The position numbers were made by a program, and so were the translations under genes. The notes below the pieces were generated by a model that was not told the origin of the DNA, made no database searches, and saw only the letters and a list, made by a program, of their open reading frames with translations. Source: Octopus sinensis (taxonomy: Eukaryota). Taken from it: a stretch of DNA of 64,000 nucleotides. The first letter of the stretch is position 1. Each line of letters begins with the position of its first letter. This document shows, piece by piece, positions 27,781 through 40,822 of the stretch. Where the stretch lies: positions 31,632,464 to 31,696,463 of the forward strand of contig NC_043011.1 in NCBI RefSeq assembly GCF_006345805.1, given 5' to 3'.

Positions 27781-28593
27781 TTAATATCCTTATTGCCACC
27801 TCCCCAACTGCATTTGGAAAAGTGAATTTTAATTTTGCTTAGCAACCATTGATAGTTTTGGAGTCACTAACTTTAGTATCTCTGAGAGACAAGCAAATGA
27901 GCTAAGAAGAAAACAGACAAAAAATTGCTACAATAGATATTTTGATGGTTTGATATGATAGCTTGGGATTAATGATAGTCATGTTTGCATTTTGTTTCCC
28001 CACCATTTGGCAACCAGTGTTAGTTTGTTTAGGTCCCTGTAACTTAGCAGTTCAGTGAAAGAGATTAAATGAATAAGCTCCAGATTTAAAGTAAAGTACT
28101 GGAGTTGGTTTGTTTGACTATATCTTTCACGGTACCCCAGCATTGTTACAGTCAACTGACTGAAACAAGGAAAATAATAGAAGAATATGAGGGCCTCCAT
28201 CAGTCAGGGTTGACTCTACCTTTATGTTGTGTAGGGCTGAGCTTTTTTTTCTTGTTGTTGTGAAGACTGACTGTTGCATGCAAGTTTCTCATCTACTGAC
28301 TACCATTGTTGTTCAAAGGATAGGGCCAATACACCTTGATACCAGTGTTATCACAGACATTACTATCAGAATTCAAAGAGATGAAACAGATATCACAAGG
28401 TATTCTCTCTGATGTTTTAACAGCTCTGCCAATCACCTTCCAGTCAAGATCTTTGCACATTTTAGCTTCTTTGTCAGCCTTGATAGAATGAAAAGCAAAG
28501 TTGATCTTGATTTAGGCAAGATTTGAATTCAGAGCACAAAAAGCTGGAATAAATACCATTCTACTGACTACCAATTCGCCATCAGCATTTACA

Positions 28594-28630
<37 letters not shown>

Positions 28631-28919
28631 TGTGTGTGTGTGTCTATATAATGAGTATGAAAAAAAGTTTCATGCTTGTATTGGATTTGATTAATTGCTT
28701 GTATCTGTAAAGAAGCAAAAATCTTGTTTAAAAAAAAATCAAGTGGTACATTAGAGAGGATAGTAAGCTACTTTAAAGTAGACCATCAAAATGATAATGA
28801 ACCAGATAACATGTAGCTCTTGTAATCTGGTTCTTTATCATTCAGCTATTTACTTATTGGCCTATTGTTCACATTGGCATTTCCTTCTGTGATAATTTAT
28901 CAGATTTCTGTCATTTATA

Positions 28920-29310
28920 GTGCAAGCGTGGCTATGTGGTCAAGATGTTAGCCTCCCAACAACATAGTTTCTGGTTCAGTCACGCTATACAATGCATTGG
29001 CCAAGTGTCTTCTGCTGTAACCTCTGGCCAACTAAAGCCTTGTGAGTGGATTTGGTTGACAGAAACTGAAAGAAGCCCATCATGTGTGTGTGTGCACACA
29101 TGTTTGTGTCACCTTGTCTTGATGTTGCATGACTTACTGTAAATGAATGTCATTCATTTCCGCTATTTTGTGAAAGCATGTCTGGCTATGGGGAAATATT
29201 ACCTTACTTGGAAATAAGAAGGGGATGGTTGCAAAGAGGAGACATCTGGCTGTAGAAAATTTGCCCCAATTAACTCCTATGCAAGCATTATCATTGTTTT
29301 AATAATGATG
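28920..29310 (+). mobile_element. SINE family A head with a (GAT)n-type tail
   Basis: Same head and core, different 3' half ending gatgatgatg. Related pieces near 18925, 20975, 34705 (-) and 40420 (-). Confidence 0.7.
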
Positions 29311-29873
29311 ATGATGGTATAGGATGAATTTTAATATCTTGGTTTAAACTGTAAATTTGGGGGAATTACCATTTAACCGCAGCAGTAACAAAACTATTCC
29401 AAAGTGTAGGTTGTAGGTTTTACTTTGTATATAAGGTGCAATGTCTGTAATGACCCAGATTGATTAGTGCTTAATTTAAATGCTGCTGTTAATGAAAAGG
29501 GTGAGCTGTTTCAGATATTCATTTCTATTTTTTTTTTTCTCAAGTTTTTAGTTTTATAGACTATGTCTCTCATCTCAACAAGTCAGACAAGTGAGTGAGT
29601 CAGCCAGAAAGACTGCTTTAGTTCACCTGTCATCACCCTAAGCCGGGTATTTGGAGGCAATATTGACATTTTCTGTCACTAGGGGGATCTCAAACATGTT
29701 TTTTTGGATAATTTCTTGTTATATTTACTCTTATATTGCATTCTTTATTGAAGTACTGTGCAAGATAAAAAGAATGAAGTGCATGTTAAATTTTGTATAT
29801 AAAAAAAAAATTATATATGCAAATAATCACATATTCAATATTGTAACATTTGTTCACACGCACACACATCCTA

Positions 29874-29889
29874 TGTGTGTGTGTGTGTG

Positions 29890-29971
<82 letters not shown>

Positions 29972-29972
29972 T
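29874..29972. repeat. (GT)n(CT)n(AT)n compound microsatellite
   Basis: Direct observation. Confidence 0.95.
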
Positions 29973-30853
29973 ATTAAACACTCTTCCCACAACACCTGGT
30001 ATAAAACTACTTCTCCCACCACTTTCAAATATTCTCCCTTCTCCTTAACTTCCTCCACTTAATCAGGGGAGCTTTTTTTCCCTTTTATTGTTCTTTTCCT
30101 GACTTGCAAGTTATTCAGGAACCTCACTAGTGCTGGTGGCGTGAAAGTAGCTTCCATTACACACTACAAAGTGGTCGGCTTTTGGAAAGGCAATCAGCTG
30201 TGGAAACCATGCCAAAGCTGACATTGGAGCTCCAATGTCAACCCATGCCAGCATGGAAAACAGACATTAAATGATGATGATGAGGTGCGTGTGCACACAC
30301 ACACACACACACACACACGCACCATGTATCTTCATTGTTTGATGATGTGAATCCAGTTGTTTGATCATCTAGACAACTTGCTGAATTAACTGCAAAGTGG
30401 CTGAGCTTTCACTCTGCTGGCACATGTACCTTTGATATAATTTTCAGGCTGATTTGTTATGACACAGTGTGTGAGTTACTTAGCTGCTTGTTTTGAATTC
30501 CTGGCACAATCCACCTGACCAGCTTCTATATAGTTCCCACCTTCCCCAGTTGCATTCACAAGGTGTGGGGGTCAGTCCAAAGCTGGAGGAAATAACATTT
30601 GTCCAAGATGCCACACAATGGGCTCGAACACAGGAGCTTATGTTGTAAAAGCAAGCTTCTTAATTGTTTCATCATACTGTGCACCTACATACTTACATTC
30701 GCTAATAGATCGTTTTGGAGAGTAACAGTTTTTTATATCATAGATATGTTTTCATGTTTTTTTAAAAATAATTTTTTTTGTTAGTAATTTTTATTTTATT
30801 TGTTATTATTTATTTTATGATGTTACTGATACAATTCACTCTTTTCATTTTAG

Positions 30854-30932
30854 CTTTATGATAACCAAACATACAATGGACAGGCAAACGAAAACATGCA
30901 CTCATTTATGAATAGTGATATGTCTCTCCTTA
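30854..30932 (+). CDS. TCF12: E-protein coding exon C, LYDNQTYNGQANENMHSFMNSDMSLL(S)
   Basis: cattttag acceptor, ta|gtaagt donor, 79 nt, phase 0 to 1. FMNS motif as in TCF12 PFMNSNL. Confidence 0.87.
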
Positions 30933-31879
30933 GTAAGTATCTGCTTTTTATTTGGGAAAACCATTGTTGGCAGTTAAGTGAAGGATTGGTTATGTATAAA
31001 ATATGTACTAATATTACTTGGTAACAAAATTTATGATGTGATTTTTCTTATGCTGGCAAATTACCCATTTTGTTATATACACTGTGACTGACACATGTTC
31101 CGTTTACAGTTTTGGTCATATTGGAGAACTTACTATGAATCCAGTACAAAATGTTTAATAACAAATGAATTATAGTGAATTAATGGAAATGATTATTGAA
31201 TTTGTTTGGTATAGGGACAGTTCAGAATATTACTAAGTCATCTTATTATTCATATAAATTGGACTATATGCATAGCTGTTAAAAAATGCAATACCTAATT
31301 TAGTTTTTTGTCCGTGGGTTGTTGTTCATGGTGGAAACTCAATATTGTGCTTAATGAAGACAATAGACTCGTGGGAAACCTGGTTTGGATTTGTGGTAGT
31401 ATAGGTACTTGAATTTTAGTAAAAAGTAGATAAGAGTTTCTATTGCTAGTGCTATTTAACCCTTGGGTCATCCCAGTGAAATTCAACAAAGGTCTCTCAT
31501 GAAATTTGCACCATTTGTTCATATCTATGTGAGATGTAATTCCTGAAAATTTTAGTCAGACTTTTTAGGCAATTTCTGAAATTTTCAAAATATTGAATTT
31601 CTTTTATTTTTAGAAACCTATTATTCCAAATTGATTTCATACCATACTTTGGAAAGTGTATTTGTTTAATCCCCACCATCTCAAGTCCTCCAGGCATTAA
31701 AGCTCAATTTTAACTCAACCAATGTAGAAAAAATGCCAACCAAAAATCAAAGAAACTTGCATTCCATCTTCTCTAATCTTACACTAAGGCCTGAAATCTT
31801 TAACAGAACACATGAATTTACTTACTCAAAAGCCTATTTTCTTGTGTTACAGGTTTGGGGTAGGGGTCATTGTTGAAGG

Positions 31880-32088
31880 TTCAGCATTTAAACTGGCCAT
31901 ATCTAGTTCAAATATTCTACTTGTTTTAAGTTAAAATTGTTAGATTTGGCTTCTCATGCCTATCCTACAATTCCATTTTAAAAATAGACAATTACATGCT
32001 CAAAATCTAGAAACTACAAGATAATGCAAAACAAAGCAAATAAATCTGGATTATATTTGACAGATTAATCTGAATGCTTAAGGGTTAA
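31880..32088 (+). mobile_element. piggyBac-like MITE copy, decayed left end
   Basis: Homologous to 27561-27780. Ends aatctgaatgcttaagggttaa. Confidence 0.7.
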
Positions 32089-32633
32089 AGCTATGGCTAA
32101 GTTGAATTAAGTAGCATGTTGAAAGTATTGTTACGGAGGTAAATAAACAGGAAAACATTGTGCCCTACTTCCGTTGGTTGGATGTTTGATGTGAAAATGT
32201 AATGTATGTAGATCTATTGCAATTGTATTGTCTGCTAGATATGCATTATTGACGCCACCACTCTCCTACTAAGTTGTGAAAGGAGATGAGTATCAAAATG
32301 TCAACTGATTTGTGCAATACAGCCGCTTACACTTTAACTGACATGTAATGATGGTGCATGCTTACTGAAAGAAAGACCTGCTGTAGCAATGCAGACTTGC
32401 GAAAAAGTAATTAGATAATTTAGACCAAACTGAGATTGGGCCTCACATATGATTAACACAAAGTTGAGACACATGAAAGATGGTGCATTGCAGCTCCATC
32501 CAACCCATGCCACCATAAAAGTATTTGTTAACACTATGATGATCTTCTGAAATTAGAAATATACAGCAGCTATGTTTTTATGTTTTTACAAAGCACATGA
32601 GTGCCCCACTCAGGTAAAGCCTACAGGCTAAGA

Positions 32634-32915
32634 TAGTGCTTCCTAAACTTTTTCAGGCTGCTGCCCCCTTGACACCCAGGCCACATTCCTAGTGCCCCGA
32701 CCCCAACTAACCATCACAAACATAGACCTCTCTCTGAAGCAAATTCAAAGCAACTGTATTTCCCAAATAAAACTTAACCTTATGAACCCATTATTTTGTT
32801 GTTTTTACATGAATTGCTACTCCATTATTGACCCACTTTTCTTCAATGCTGCCTTGGAACTTTCTACTCCCCCCCCCCAGGGGTGGGGCAATACCGCCCA
32901 CTTTGAGAACTACTG
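32634..32915. mobile_element. Non-autonomous Buster-type hAT MITE (282 bp)
   Basis: Perfect 8-bp TSD GGCTAAGA at 32626-32633 and 32916-32923 (nnnTAnnn). Ends tagtgcttcctaaac and tttgagaactactg resemble CAGTGGTT-type TIRs. Confidence 0.85.
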
Positions 32916-33469
32916 GGCTAAGAGGTGAAATACTTGTGATATTGAGATACCTGCTGATGATACAGAAGGATTTCCACCATTGCAGTGGATTCAGAAGAAG
33001 AGCTTGCACTATACCTCTGATTAGCTTCTGCAGTTTCTGCAGGAGGCAAAGCACCTCTGATGTTTCTTTCACCCAACTTTATCAAGAATGATATTTACAA
33101 CTTTATGAATAGGAGAGTGACTTTGTTTTTTTGGGTGGGGAAATACAAATTTTCCTGTCTCCATATCTATATTTACCCTCATCACAATATTATTACTGAA
33201 TCCTTCCTATTACTAACAAGGTTTCCAAAGTAAAAAATCTTTGTGCTGGCATGAATGTGAATAATTTTAATTCTTTAACTTAAAGAAACCCTATCAATTT
33301 TGATTTCATTTACATTATGTAACCTAAAATGTCAGACAGTTTTGACTGTCACATATATTGGCTAGCATGCTCAGCTTAAAGGTCATTGTTGAGCTGAAAG
33401 TATATTCTGAAATAAAATGACATGCTTTTGAATGTGACAAAAGCTGGATTCAATGGATGTGTGAATAAA

Positions 33470-33825
33470 AGCCATATAGGTTCGGGTTTAGTTTCACTGT
33501 GCAACAGCTTGAGCTAATGTCTTTCTACTATAGCCTTGGGTTGACCAGTGCCTTGTGGGTGAATTTGATAGACAGAAACTGTGGAAGCCCATTGAGTGTG
33601 TGTGCATGTGTGTGAGAGAGAGGGAGAGAGAGTATGCATGTGATTGTTCTCATCGTTTGACCAGTTTTGGGTTGTTTTTGTCCATCTAACTTCAACTTAA
33701 CAATTCTGCATGAGAGCCTGGCAGAATAAATACTGCAGTCACTTACTTTGACTAAACACCCTTCAAAGCAGTACCCCAGGATGACCATAGCCCAACAGTT
33801 GAAACAAGTAAAAGATAAAGGATGA
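33470..33825 (+). mobile_element. SINE family A, diverged
   Basis: Core and tail homology to 26228-26612. Confidence 0.7.
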
Positions 33826-35623
33826 TACTATCTGAGAAACAATTTGTGATATAGAATGGTAAGAAATAGTTAAGTAAATGTATAGAATAACACCTGTGAA
33901 ATTTCTGCAAGCACTGGGCCTCTTAACTTTTAATGATCTTCCATGTCAGATAAAGACCTATAAATAACATTGCTAATATTGCATGCCAAAAGCTGGGCTT
34001 CCTCTTGAGAACTAAACATATACTTCTGAGGCACTTTTATTGAACTTTACTATGTAATCCTCAGTAGATACATGTCAGTTGTTCCAACTATAATGAGCAG
34101 AATACAGAGCATATGTTAGTTAGTCTTTATGTTTACATAATTCATAATGGGGGCCGTAGTGTGTCAATCACTTGACTCTGGTGGAATAAAAATTTGTTTT
34201 GTAAAAATAACACTTGAAAACCTCGTAAACAAGATATTTTCTTAAGATAATGGATATTTTTACACATAGGTTAGTTAATTAGCTTTAACAACACTAGTGT
34301 TTGGTCTTCCTGTAAAAGAGTATTCATACTAAAAGTTTTAAGTATGTTGCATATCAAATCAGTGCACAATATTTTTAGCAAACTGTTTTTGCATTTGACA
34401 CAGCAGCAGCAGAGGTAGATCATTAGAACATGGTACTGAGCAGAAATGTTTTGTCTGAACCCTGCTAAGGTGAAGCAACTGTGATGATAGGAACATTTTT
34501 TAATTGAGACGCTGTAGATCAAGGATAATACAGAGATAATTAGGTAGATAACATTATCTAAGGAAGCTGATAAAGAAACTGTTGATGAGACTAGGTCAAA
34601 TTAAAAGAAACTGGTTCTCTAGATCTGGGTTGTTTTAGATAAAATTGTGATTGGAGTTAGTAACCGGGAAAAAAGAAAAAGATGTGAGCACATCCTGTGT
34701 GTGTGTGTATCATTTTAATGTCCATTTTTCAATGTTTGCATGGGTCAGACAGAATTTGTTCAGAACGATTTTTGTATGGCTGGATATCCTATTTGTTGCC
34801 AACGCTCACCTATTTGCAAGCAAGGTAATATTTCTCTGTGTCTGGTCATGTTTAAATGGCAGATTGGAAATGAATGACATAACTTGTGTGACAGTGACGC
34901 ATGTTTTACAACTATCACATGATGTCAAGACAAGGTCTCACACACATGAAAAGCTTCTTTCTGTTTTCTGCATGCTAAATCCTTTCACAAAGCTTTGGTT
35001 GGCCCTATGCTTTAGAAGATACTTGGGCAAGATGTCATTAGGTGGGTTTGACCCCCAAACCATGTTTTCAGAATCAAACTTCTTAACAAGCCATATTATT
35101 ATTATTGTTATTATTATTATTATTATCATTAAGTGTATGTCTCAGTATGTATATATGTAACCAAAAAACTTCTGCCACTTCTTTAAGTAAGTTAAGCTAT
35201 AAATTTGGTAGTAAACAATTAGTTATAATGTCAGGAACAAAATCTTATTGATGATGATGATGATTTCAAAATTTGGGTTTTAAAAAAAGGAACCTTTAGA
35301 TCTAACACTGTCTCATCTGTGCTATTTTGGCTAACAGTATCAAAATGATAATTCTATAGAACTTGTAGCCAGCACTGATTTTTGCTACAACATTGCATAT
35401 CGAGACGTCAGATGTAAACAGACAATGTGATTGAAGAGAAAAGTGGGTAATGAGTGTATATGCCATATTTTGGTGGTTGTTGCCCCTTCTTGAGCACTCA
35501 TCTAACTCACTCTTGCCTCCAAACACACTGCTTCTATAGCCACTGCATACAGTGGTGTTAAGTTATTAGATATACCAATTTACATATTTGACATATTCCT
35601 GGGGCTGGTATGTAAGCATCAAA

Positions 35624-35692
35624 GATTTGTAGGTACGTGGTACTTCATTATGCATTATGTTTGCATAATGAAGTACCACGTACCTACAAATC
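35624..35692. repeat. Perfect 31-bp inverted repeat with a 7-nt loop
   Basis: GATTTGTAGGTACGTGGTACTTCATTATGCA-ttatgtt-TGCATAATGAAGTACCACGTACCTACAAATC. Confidence 0.95.
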
Positions 35693-36629
35693 CAAAATGA
35701 CATTGATGCACTGTGTGGTCCTCTAAATTGTTGGACTGCCCATAAAACCACACAGTTGTTGCCAGAATTGAAAGCAGATTTGAATGGTGTATGTGTCGCA
35801 TCCATCAGTCTTGCAGACTATGGAGAGTGTCTTTGTAGGACAAGAAAGAGCAACTTCTGAACAGACTGTGAAGTCTAGCCTTGGCTGCAGATTTTGTGTG
35901 TGTCTGTGTGTGTGTGTCTGTGTGTGTGTGCCTGTGCACGCACATAAGTATACATATATATGTATATATATTTATGTATGTATCTCTTTCTCTTTGTCTC
36001 TCTCTCCATACATATGCATGCACATGCACACACAAACACATGCATATCCATCCTTATCATAATGAGCAGTGGAAAACTGCTTGCAGGCAGTATTTCTGCT
36101 TGTATATATATCATAATTATTATTAGGAAGAAATGAAAAGAAGTAGGCAGATATAAAAAGATATATATATATTTATAACAGGAATTAGTGAAAAGAAACA
36201 AAGGTACTTATCTCACGCCAAACAAAAGCTACCTAACCTTTGGCAAATGTTGTTGTGTAAAACAAAGTGTTACTAGTTAATTGGTTGGAGACTGCACTAG
36301 CATAGGAGACTGAACTGGTCTATGTCACAAATTAGGCTTATTCTATATATATATATATATATTTGTGTGTGTGTGTGTGTGTTCTTATCATATGCTTGAA
36401 CATACTTTTTTCTTATATTATTAATGCTTGCATGAGTGGGAAGGTCTTTTTCCTTTTATTCATTTACTTATTTATTTTGTAACTGGATTTATCTTTCATA
36501 CTACTGATTAGTCAGCTGAGGTAGTGGGGTGAAGCTTGCTTTTGTGTGTGTTATATATACATTCATATATGTGTGTGTGTGTGTGTATATATATATATAC
36601 ATATACACATATTTATACATATTTTTTCT

Positions 36630-37300
36630 TTTGCTTGTTTCTTGACTGTGGCCATGCTGGAGTGCCTGAGGGGTTTTTAGTTGAACAAATTGACCCCGCA
36701 GGACTTATTTCTTAAGCCTAGTACTTATTCTATTGGTCTCTTTGTTCAGCAAACTAGCAAAACATAGTTAATTGCCTTTCTTAAGCTTACAATACAATGA
36801 TAGTAAATTTTTGTATTAATTGTAGAGACAGTGTTTGTTATTTTTATGTATCTCCTTTTATATTTGCAATTGATAAGCAAAACCATTGTTGCTTACTCGT
36901 TTTCAATGGGTAAATCAATGGCTTACTGCATTTATGGCAATGATCGTGACATGGGTATAGCTTTTATTTTCTGCTTGTCGTTAGTTATTGGACTGTGGCC
37001 ATGCTGGCTGCCTTGAAGCATTTAGTCAAACAAATTGACACTGGTATTTTTAAAGTCTGGTAGTTAATCTGTTGGTCTCTTTTGCCAAACTGCTATGTTA
37101 CAGAGACTTAAACAAGTGGTGGTGGTAGGGAACTAAGACAAAGACGTGCATGAACGTGTGTGTGTGTGTACGTGTATGTGTGTACAATAGGCTTCCATGC
37201 AGTTTCGGTCTACTTAGTTCGCTGACAAGGCATTTGCCTGCTCATGCAATAGTAGAAGACATATGCCCATGGTTTCCTGCAGTGGGACTGAACCTGAAGC
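36630..37300 (-). mobile_element. Two SINE family A fragments
   Basis: gactgtggccatgctgg tails near 36645 and 36990, plus core homology up to about 37300. Confidence 0.7.
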
Positions 37301-37445
37301 ACAACACCACTGTATTTTACTCAAATAGCCTGTGATGTCACAGTAATGACTTTATATATACATAAAGCATGCTCTCTTATTTTATTTTATTTTTATTTTC
37401 TTATTTTTCAATCCTGTGTTAACATTCAAATTTTGTTTTTGTCAG

Positions 37446-37513
37446 GCAAAAATAACGATATTCCCTATAATCGCTCAGGATACTCATCAAGGGATAACTC
37501 AGTACCATCTCAG
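37446..37513 (+). CDS. TCF12: E-protein coding exon D, (S)KNNDIPYNRSGYSSRDNSVPSQ
   Basis: tttgtcag acceptor, cag|gtaaga donor, 68 nt, phase 1 to 0. Resembles TCF12 K..ERG..SLYSRD...Q. Confidence 0.87.
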
Positions 37514-37609
37514 GTAAGAAGCGTTTTTTCTTCTCCATTTCACTATAATATATCCATTAACTGAGAATCACAAGTCCAGTTTTGCAGGTTGTGAAAAATC
37601 TTTGAAGAG

Positions 37610-37644
<35 letters not shown>

Positions 37645-38139
37645 TAACTAGGTGACACAACACTTAGTAGTTGTAAAATCTTATCTTGTGACTGTTGCAG
37701 TTCTTCAGTTTACTTAGCATTTCTCTTCTATTGACCAGTCTCACTTCTTTGATCCATTTCCTACTGATTCGCATTGAATTTGGGTTTATTTTCAGTCCTG
37801 GTTAGTAACTAGGAGAATTACTGAGACAATGAGGTTTGTGTCCCTGGTTATCTATCTTTTAATAATTTAGTCCAAAGACAAAGTGGGCAATGCTTATGAA
37901 TGACATTTGTAGGTCTTCCCCTACTGGTGAGATAACCCATCCAGAACACCTGCTGGTGGATATGGCCAGATTGGTGAACCAGTGATTTCTTTGGTATATC
38001 TCAATATAGTAAAATAGGCATCTCAGAAGAAAAGTGCCACAAAAAATAATTCCTGGGTATATTAAATATTGGAAACACATAATATGGGATAAATTGAAAA
38101 TCATGAGATATTTCTTAATGCCCCCTCCCCTCTCAGAAT

Positions 38140-38460
38140 TTCCTTGTCTTGCACTTTACTCAGCAACCCTGCTAGTGCTGGTGCCACATAAAAAGCATCC
38201 AGTCCACACTGAAGTTGTTAGCATCTGGAAGAGCATCCAGCTGTGAAAACCTTGCCAAAACTGACCTCACCTGTAACTAGTGCCACATAAAAGGCACTTA
38301 GTACACTCTGTGAGGTGGTTGGTGTTAGAAAGGGCATACAGCCATAAAAATCATGCCAAAACTGACAGAAGCCTGGCATGGTCTTCTGCCTGGTCAGCTT
38401 CTGTCAAAGCGTCCAACCTATGCCCGCATGAAAGCAGGTGTTAAACGATGATGATGATGG
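38140..38460 (+). mobile_element. Retroposon family E
   Basis: Same motifs and tail. Further copies near 30110-30283, 41150-41330 and 56470-56660. Confidence 0.7.
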
Positions 38461-39141
38461 TGGTGGGCCAAATACAGATTAATTTGCCAGACATGATTGT
38501 CCTCTCCTAATTCTTGTATTTCAGTCTTTATTGCTATTACAACAAAAATACAAAGCATCTGCATAGAATGCATTCTGTCCCATCCGCAATCTCTTATCGT
38601 AACATTTCCATGACTCTTCCTTCTCAGCATCAGTGTGCTGCACATTATGCACACACTTCTCACCAATATTCTGATTCATACTAATATTGCATGCTGTGTA
38701 AGGTGGTAGATTGGCAGAATCGTTAGCACACCAGGTAAAATGCTTTGTGCCATTTCGTCTGTCCCTTCATTCTGAGTTCAAATGCTACTGTGGTCCACTT
38801 CACCTTTCATCCTTGAGCATTGCTGGCCTTGTGCCAAAATTTGAAACAAATATTGCATGTTCTCTAGAATATGTCATTCCTCAGATCTGTATGTTGCAGA
38901 ACATTGTCAAAACTTCTCTTGGTTTTTTTTTCCTTATTAAGTGTATCGTGTGTCTAGTGTCTATTATTGATTTCCAACAAGTCCTTCCTTCTGAGTTAAA
39001 GCTAGATGAGTTGGGAAGGTTTTGTTTTAAATAAAAATAAAGAAAGAAATCTTTCTGAAGAGAACCATGTTTCTAAGGTAAACAAATACATTAAAGTGTG
39101 GAACATGATAAATAAAAGTTAAGAGCAATAAATCTTGCTTC

Positions 39142-39318
39142 ACCGTTTAGCATTTAAACTGGCCGTATTTGGCCCCTTACACCTATGCTACAATGTCGTA
39201 AAAATAAACAATTAGAACATCAAAATATTGAAGCTACGCGATAATACTTTATTAATTCAAAACAATGTGAATGAGTAAGCAATATATTTGCCAGAGGAAT
39301 CTGAATGTTAAAGAGTTC
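39142..39318 (+). mobile_element. piggyBac-like MITE copy
   Basis: Homologous to 27561-27780 (tttagcatttaaactggcc ... atctgaatgttaaagagtt). Confidence 0.65.
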
Positions 39319-39848
39319 AAGTATCAGGAGACAGCGCTAGTGTTATTAATCGCAACAAGAATTTACTTGGTGAACTAATGAGATAACGAGGAAGAATCTA
39401 TGCACTTACTAGACCTGCTTAAAATAGCAACCAAATTATCTTTATGTCACAAAAGAAGAAAAAATATGTATCTGGCTGAATAAATAAAAAAAGTAAATAA
39501 ACCTTTGAGATTTTTATAGTCGGAACACCACCTTTGATTACAGGACTGTTGGATGAGAGCTGAACAACTAGCTGAAATGGTTTCTAAAAACTTTTCATGA
39601 AATAATTGCATGAATTTTATCTTTTTATCTGACAATGTTTATATATATGTTTATATATATATATATATATATCAAAAGGCACAAGTACAATTGTCACTAA
39701 AGTGACTAAGGGTGCAAGTCAGCTCCAGCATTGCTAGAAATAAGAGTCAAAACAGCTCTTACCCATGGGCAAGCTTTTATCTGTTTACTGACAAGGGAGA
39801 CAAGCTCCTTACAGCAAGTGAAGTAGTCAGATCATCAATATATATATT

Positions 39849-40252
39849 GTTTTATTCTTTTACTTGCTTCAGTCTTTGACTGCAGTCATGCTGGGACACC
39901 ACCTTTAGTCGAACAAATTGACCCCAGGACTTATTCTTTGTAAGCCTAGTACTTATTCTATCAGTCTCTTTTGCCGAACTGCTATGATTACAGGAACGTA
40001 AACACACCAACATTGGTTGTCAAGTGATGGTGGGGGGACACACATACACACACATAAATTAATACATACACATATATATATATATATACACACACACACA
40101 CCAGGTTGCTTTCAGTGTCTGTTTACCAAATCCACTCACAAGGCTTTGGTCAGCCTGACACTATAGAAGACATTTGCCCAAAGTGCAACACAGTGGGGCT
40201 GAACCTGGAGCCATGTGGTTGGGAAGCAAGCTTCTTACCACACAGTCACTCT
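39849..40252 (-). mobile_element. SINE family A, full length
   Basis: Reverse complement of 26228-26612. Confidence 0.85.
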
Positions 40253-40691
40253 TATGTCTATCCAGTTTGTAATTCAAATAATCTAGTGCTACAACCAACC
40301 CCTTTTACTTAGAAAAACTGTATCACTAGATGGAGCCTGAAGTACAATAGGTAGACCAGATTATATAACCCTGCCAAAGTATTATAGATAACTTCAATAT
40401 TTATGCTAATCATAGTCATCATTTAAACATTCAATTTTGCATACTTGCATGAGTCAGGTGGAATTTACTGTGGCAGATTTTCTACAGTTGGATGCCCTTC
40501 TTTTCACCAACCCTTACCTGTTTCCAAGTGATATTTCCCCATGGCTAGACGTGTTATCAAAGAACATTGGAAATGAATGACACTTCTTGTATGATAGTGA
40601 CAATCCTTTTACAACTGTCATACAATGTCAAGACAAGGAGATATAAGTGTGTGCACACATACATTCACAGAGTCAGATTGACAGAGAAAGA

Positions 40692-40822
40692 TCTGGAGAA
40701 TTGTATTCGAAGAGTATGTTTGTATTAAAACAAAGACTGGAAAATTTGGTATATTAAAATATACCAAATTTTCCAAGTCTTAGTTTTAATACAAACATAC
40801 TCTTGAAATACAATTCTCCAGA
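40692..40822. repeat. Near-perfect palindrome, arms about 64 bp, 2-nt loop
   Basis: tctggagaattgtatt...ggtatatt-aa-aatatacc...aatacaattctccaga. Confidence 0.93.

Noticed and set aside
28596-28643. (CA)n-CG-(TG)n palindrome
   Set aside because: Simple juxtaposed microsatellites, common in this sequence.
34651-35160. 169-aa plus-strand ORF
   Set aside because: Lies over an antisense SINE and an (ATT)n tract.
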